NCBI GenBank assembly: GCA_913046815.1
Contig: CAJWTE010000001.1
Span: 1 to 46,316 of the forward strand
DNA: 46,316 nt
Direction of reading: 5' to 3'
From: an uncultured bacterium
Lineage (GTDB): Bacteria > Patescibacteriota > Minisyncoccia > Phycocordibacterales > UBA918
Within the stretch, counting starts at the first letter, position 1. Each line of letters starts with the position of its first letter. The notes under the pieces are model-generated. The model did no database searches and was not told where the DNA came from. It saw only the letters and a list, made by a program, of their open reading frames with translations. Positions 43,761 through 46,316 of this stretch are shown here, piece after piece. Made by a program: the position numbers and the translations under genes.

Positions 43761-44666
43761 TTAATCAAAAATATTTATCAGGTATTGGTCAATGGTCCGT
43801 TGGTCGAGATCATAAAAGTGTAAGTCATTATCATTCAGATATTCAGCCAGCTCAGTGCCCACAAAGCGCCAATGCCACGGTTCATATACGTAGAAGGTGT
43901 TGTTTTTGGGGTAGGAGAGCACAAAACCATATCGATAAGCGTTGTGTGACAGCCACTGATATTCATCAGTTTCAGCGAAGGACAGGTAGGGACCGGCTGT
44001 TTTTGCATCGCTTATATCCAAAGTGGTACCAAGTTGATGTTCCGAGTATCCTTGGTCGGCCGAGAAAGTGTTGGCGCCAGACCCGTAGGTTTGGGTATAA
44101 GAACCTTTCAGGTCGGCTTGTTGATCGAAGGAGCGATAAGCGGATATAACTTTTAGATCCAAACCATCATCTTGTGCCTCTTCCAACAAATCTTCTAAGA
44201 AAGGCAGGGCACTAACGTGAAAGTACTGCTCGCTTCGACCGGGCAAGATGTATTCGTCAGAAATTTTTTGTAAACGGGAAGGAATATAGTTTTCGTTGAG
44301 AAAGTACACTTTGGAGTATTTTTGCAGTAGTTCTTCATCAGTCTTGGATAGTTTGTCCAAATCATAAACGGTGTTTATCACTTGCCGGTATTCTTCTTCG
44401 AAGTCGTCGTTTTGACGCTTGGCTTCTCGATAACTGTTTTCCATTTCAGCTAGAGAATTTTGTACGGTAGCTAGCTCAGATTCCAATCCGACTATGGTGT
44501 TTAGTGAGTTATTATCTAGCTCAGAGTATGCTTGACGAAGGGTTGATAGATCTTTTTGTAGTATGAAGCTTCGATATCCTAAGAACCCAGCCACTAACAT
44601 CACAGCTATCACAGCTATTAGAAAGGCAGCAAAAAGCTTAGTATTATTTTTAATTTTTTCTGTCAT
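43761..44666 (-). CDS. VanY/M15B-family D-alanyl-D-alanine carboxypeptidase, membrane-anchored with a coiled coil
   Basis: VISAYRSFDQQ, SEHQLGTTLDI, YGFVLSYP, EPWHWRFVG. Confidence 0.75.
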   Translation of the reverse strand: MTEKIKNNTKLFAAFLIAVIAVMLVAGFLGYRSFILQKDLSTLRQAYSELDNNSLNTIVGLESELATVQNSLAEMENSYREAKRQNDDFEEEYRQVINTVYDLDKLSKTDEELLQKYSKVYFLNENYIPSRLQKISDEYILPGRSEQYFHVSALPFLEDLLEEAQDDGLDLKVISAYRSFDQQADLKGSYTQTYGSGANTFSADQGYSEHQLGTTLDISDAKTAGPYLSFAETDEYQWLSHNAYRYGFVLSYPKNNTFYVYEPWHWRFVGTELAEYLNDNDLHFYDLDQRTIDQYLINIFD

Positions 44667-44754
44667 ATTTGCTATTGTAGCATTTACCTGCCTATTGAAA
44701 GTAACCAGTATTCATGGTACTTTAGGCGCGCTTATTAGTAATTCTGAAAAATCA

Positions 44755-45297
44755 ATGTCAGAAGAAAAAGTGCCAGCGACTGAGGTAAGTGAAGTAACTA
44801 TGGACGCAGAAGAGCGTTTTAGTTACGAGCTAGCCTTCCACGTACTTCCAACAGTTGCTGAAGGGGAAGTAGCTCAAGTCTTTGCTAGTATCAAAGACAT
44901 AATCACCACCGGAGGAGGTGAGATTTTTGACGAAGAAGAAGCTAAGCGTTTTGACTTGGCTTACGAGATCGTCAAACCCTTAGAAGGTAAAAATCGTCGT
45001 TTCTCTAGCGCCTACTTTGGTTGGGTTCGTTTTAAGTCTGAATCAAGTCAGGTGTTGGACATAATGAAAGAAGTAGATGCGCATAGTCAAATATTACGTT
45101 CGTTATTAGTACGACTTACAGCCAAGGAGGAAGCCAATCCTTTTCGTTTCCACGAGGCTTTAGATCTTTCTAAAGTTAGGAATATAGAAGTTCCGGTAGA
45201 AGCAGAAGCTGTACTAGAGCTGAAAACTGAGAAAGAAGAAGATACGCCTGTTGACGAGGATAAAATTGATGAAGCTTTAGAGAAAAGTGACGTCTAA
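44755..45297 (+). CDS. rpsF: 30S ribosomal protein S6 with N- and acidic C-terminal extensions
   Basis: YELAFHVLP..., GGEIFDEEEAKRFDLAYEI, GWVRFK. It heads the rpsF-ssb-rpsR order. The start (44755 or 44800) is uncertain. Confidence 0.65.
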   Translation: MSEEKVPATEVSEVTMDAEERFSYELAFHVLPTVAEGEVAQVFASIKDIITTGGGEIFDEEEAKRFDLAYEIVKPLEGKNRRFSSAYFGWVRFKSESSQVLDIMKEVDAHSQILRSLLVRLTAKEEANPFRFHEALDLSKVRNIEVPVEAEAVLELKTEKEEDTPVDEDKIDEALEKSDV

Positions 45298-45314
45298 TAG
45301 TGTAAAATATAGTC

Positions 45315-45752
45315 ATGAATATAAACAAAGCCATGGTCTACGGAAATCTTACTAGAGATCCGGAGATGAAATCTTTACCAAGTGGTACACAGGTGTGTTC
45401 TTTCTCACTTGCTACCAACCGTGTCTATAACGACCGTGACGGCAATCGCCAAGAACAAGCTGACTATCACAATATAGTAGTTTTTGGCAAGCAAGCAGAA
45501 AATAGTGCCAAGTACCTGAATAAAGGTAGTAGTGCATACGTAGAAGGACGAATGCAGACTCGCTCTTGGGAAAAAGATGGTCAGAAACACTATCGTACAG
45601 AGGTGGTCGCTGATAGAGTCCAGTTTGGCCCTAAGAGTAGCGGGGGAGGAGCACCAGCTAATAATACTGGAGAAGACAAGTCAAAAGATGAAGCTCCAGC
45701 ACCTGTGGACTATCCGGAAGAGGAAATCAATCCCGAAGACATCCCATTCTAG
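45315..45752 (+). CDS. ssb: Single-stranded DNA-binding protein
   Basis: MNINKAMVYGNLTRDPE OB-fold and the C-terminal acidic tip ...EDIPF. Confidence 0.9.
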   Translation: MNINKAMVYGNLTRDPEMKSLPSGTQVCSFSLATNRVYNDRDGNRQEQADYHNIVVFGKQAENSAKYLNKGSSAYVEGRMQTRSWEKDGQKHYRTEVVADRVQFGPKSSGGGAPANNTGEDKSKDEAPAPVDYPEEEINPEDIPF

Positions 45753-45868
45753 CGCAGTAAATTACTCGCTGGCGGCGTTGCAGTTCAAAAAATTATTTTC
45801 ACTGGACTACCATGTCCCACTCAAATAATTTTTCTTCTGCGCCTTGTCAGCCAGCAATTTCCAAGCGC
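45752..45868 (+). repeat. Extended imperfect hairpin (family member A) after ssb; core hairpin at 45788-45833
   Basis: Core: aaaaattattt / tcact-ggac-taccat-gtcc-cactc / aaataattttt. Outer pairings: gcgc/gcgc, aaatt/aattt, gctggc/gccagc, gcag/ctgc. Confidence 0.55.
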
Positions 45869-45983
45869 TAGAACCTTGGGACATCCTGATACTTAAAAAT
45901 AAGAGCCAGAAATTTTTAGACGCCAGAACATTAGACAGTTCTGATACTTAAAAACAAATACTTGTAATTAAAACTTATTAACC

Positions 45984-46181
45984 ATGTCAGAAGAAAAAAC
46001 AACACAAACAATAAACCATATTGATTATAAAGACATCAATCGTATCAAAAATCATTTGAACCCACATTCACGTATGCATTCTCGCAAACGTACTCATATG
46101 AACGCGAAAGAACAACGACAGTTCGCGCGAGCTACTAAGAGGGCTAGGTTTATGGCTCTTGTGCCATACGTATCACACTAA
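45984..46181 (+). CDS. rpsR: 30S ribosomal protein S18
   Basis: IDYKDINRIKNHL...KEQRQFARATKRARFMALVPY. Confidence 0.85.
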   Translation: MSEEKTTQTINHIDYKDINRIKNHLNPHSRMHSRKRTHMNAKEQRQFARATKRARFMALVPYVSH

Positions 46182-46221
46182 AATCAACAAATATAACCAA
46201 TCTACTGCGTTGTCGTTCGGT

Positions 46222-46264
46222 AAAATAATACTCACTGGACTTTGTGTCCCATTCGTATTATTTT
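46222..46264 (+). terminator. Terminator-like hairpin (family member B) after rpsR
   Basis: aaaataatac / tcact-ggac-tttgt-gtcc-cattc / gtattatttt. Confidence 0.55.
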
Positions 46265-46316
46265 CCTCCGACGCTTTGTATCTTGGACATCTTGTTGATT
46301 TTAGAAATCAAAGCAA

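Noticed and set aside
1-46316. CRISPR arrays, rRNA genes, IS transposases, and UGA recoding (code 25/4)
   Set aside because: There are no regularly spaced repeats and no rRNA-like segments. Conserved genes are full-length under the standard code, and TGA is used as a genuine stop (for example the 764..976, 4898..5923 and 13157..13543 ORFs).

Overview
AT-rich (about 40% GC by eye), gene-dense bacterial window in the standard genetic code. Function calls come from motif recognition in the supplied translations; no database search was run. The content suggests a Patescibacteria/CPR (Parcubacteria-like) genome (inference): small tightly coupled genes, r-proteins with long acidic tails, secE-nusG-rplK not followed by rplA, and two of three tRNAs without encoded CCA.

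Core genes:
- Translation and tRNA charging: rplS, secE-nusG-rplK, rpsF-ssb-rpsR, argS, ileS, glyQS, metG, an RluA-family pseudouridine synthase, and tRNA-Val/Leu/His.
- Deoxynucleotide and thymidylate metabolism: ATP-cone NrdB plus short NrdA, folA, dcd, thyA, glyA.
- Other: mscL, recO-like, tatD, and several envelope or secreted proteins.

Main accessory and unusual signals:
1. A ~5.5-kb element integrated into the 3' end of tRNA-Val(TAC). It is bounded by a 21-bp direct repeat and carries a frameshifted large serine recombinase plus EEP nuclease/phosphatase, HD hydrolase, S51 peptidase, a DUF2806-like protein and a TerS-like HTH protein.
2. A 1.3-kb strongly GC-rich two-gene cassette (Pro1 small protein plus DEDDh exonuclease) at tRNA-His. 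It sits between ~108-bp direct repeats and has no recombinase.
3. An apparently intact histidine-phosphatase (PGM-like) domain inserted inside IleRS.
4. A family of four extended hairpins with covarying stems and a conserved internal loop, located just 3' of nusG, rplK, ssb and rpsR.
5. GC-rich multi-hairpin leaders ahead of argS, nrdB and a DUF2914 membrane gene.
6. Two giant perfect palindromes between a TrpR/YerC-like gene and an unannotated AbrB-like gene that heads a twin-hydrolase/TatD operon.

No CRISPR array, rRNA or reverse transcriptase was seen.
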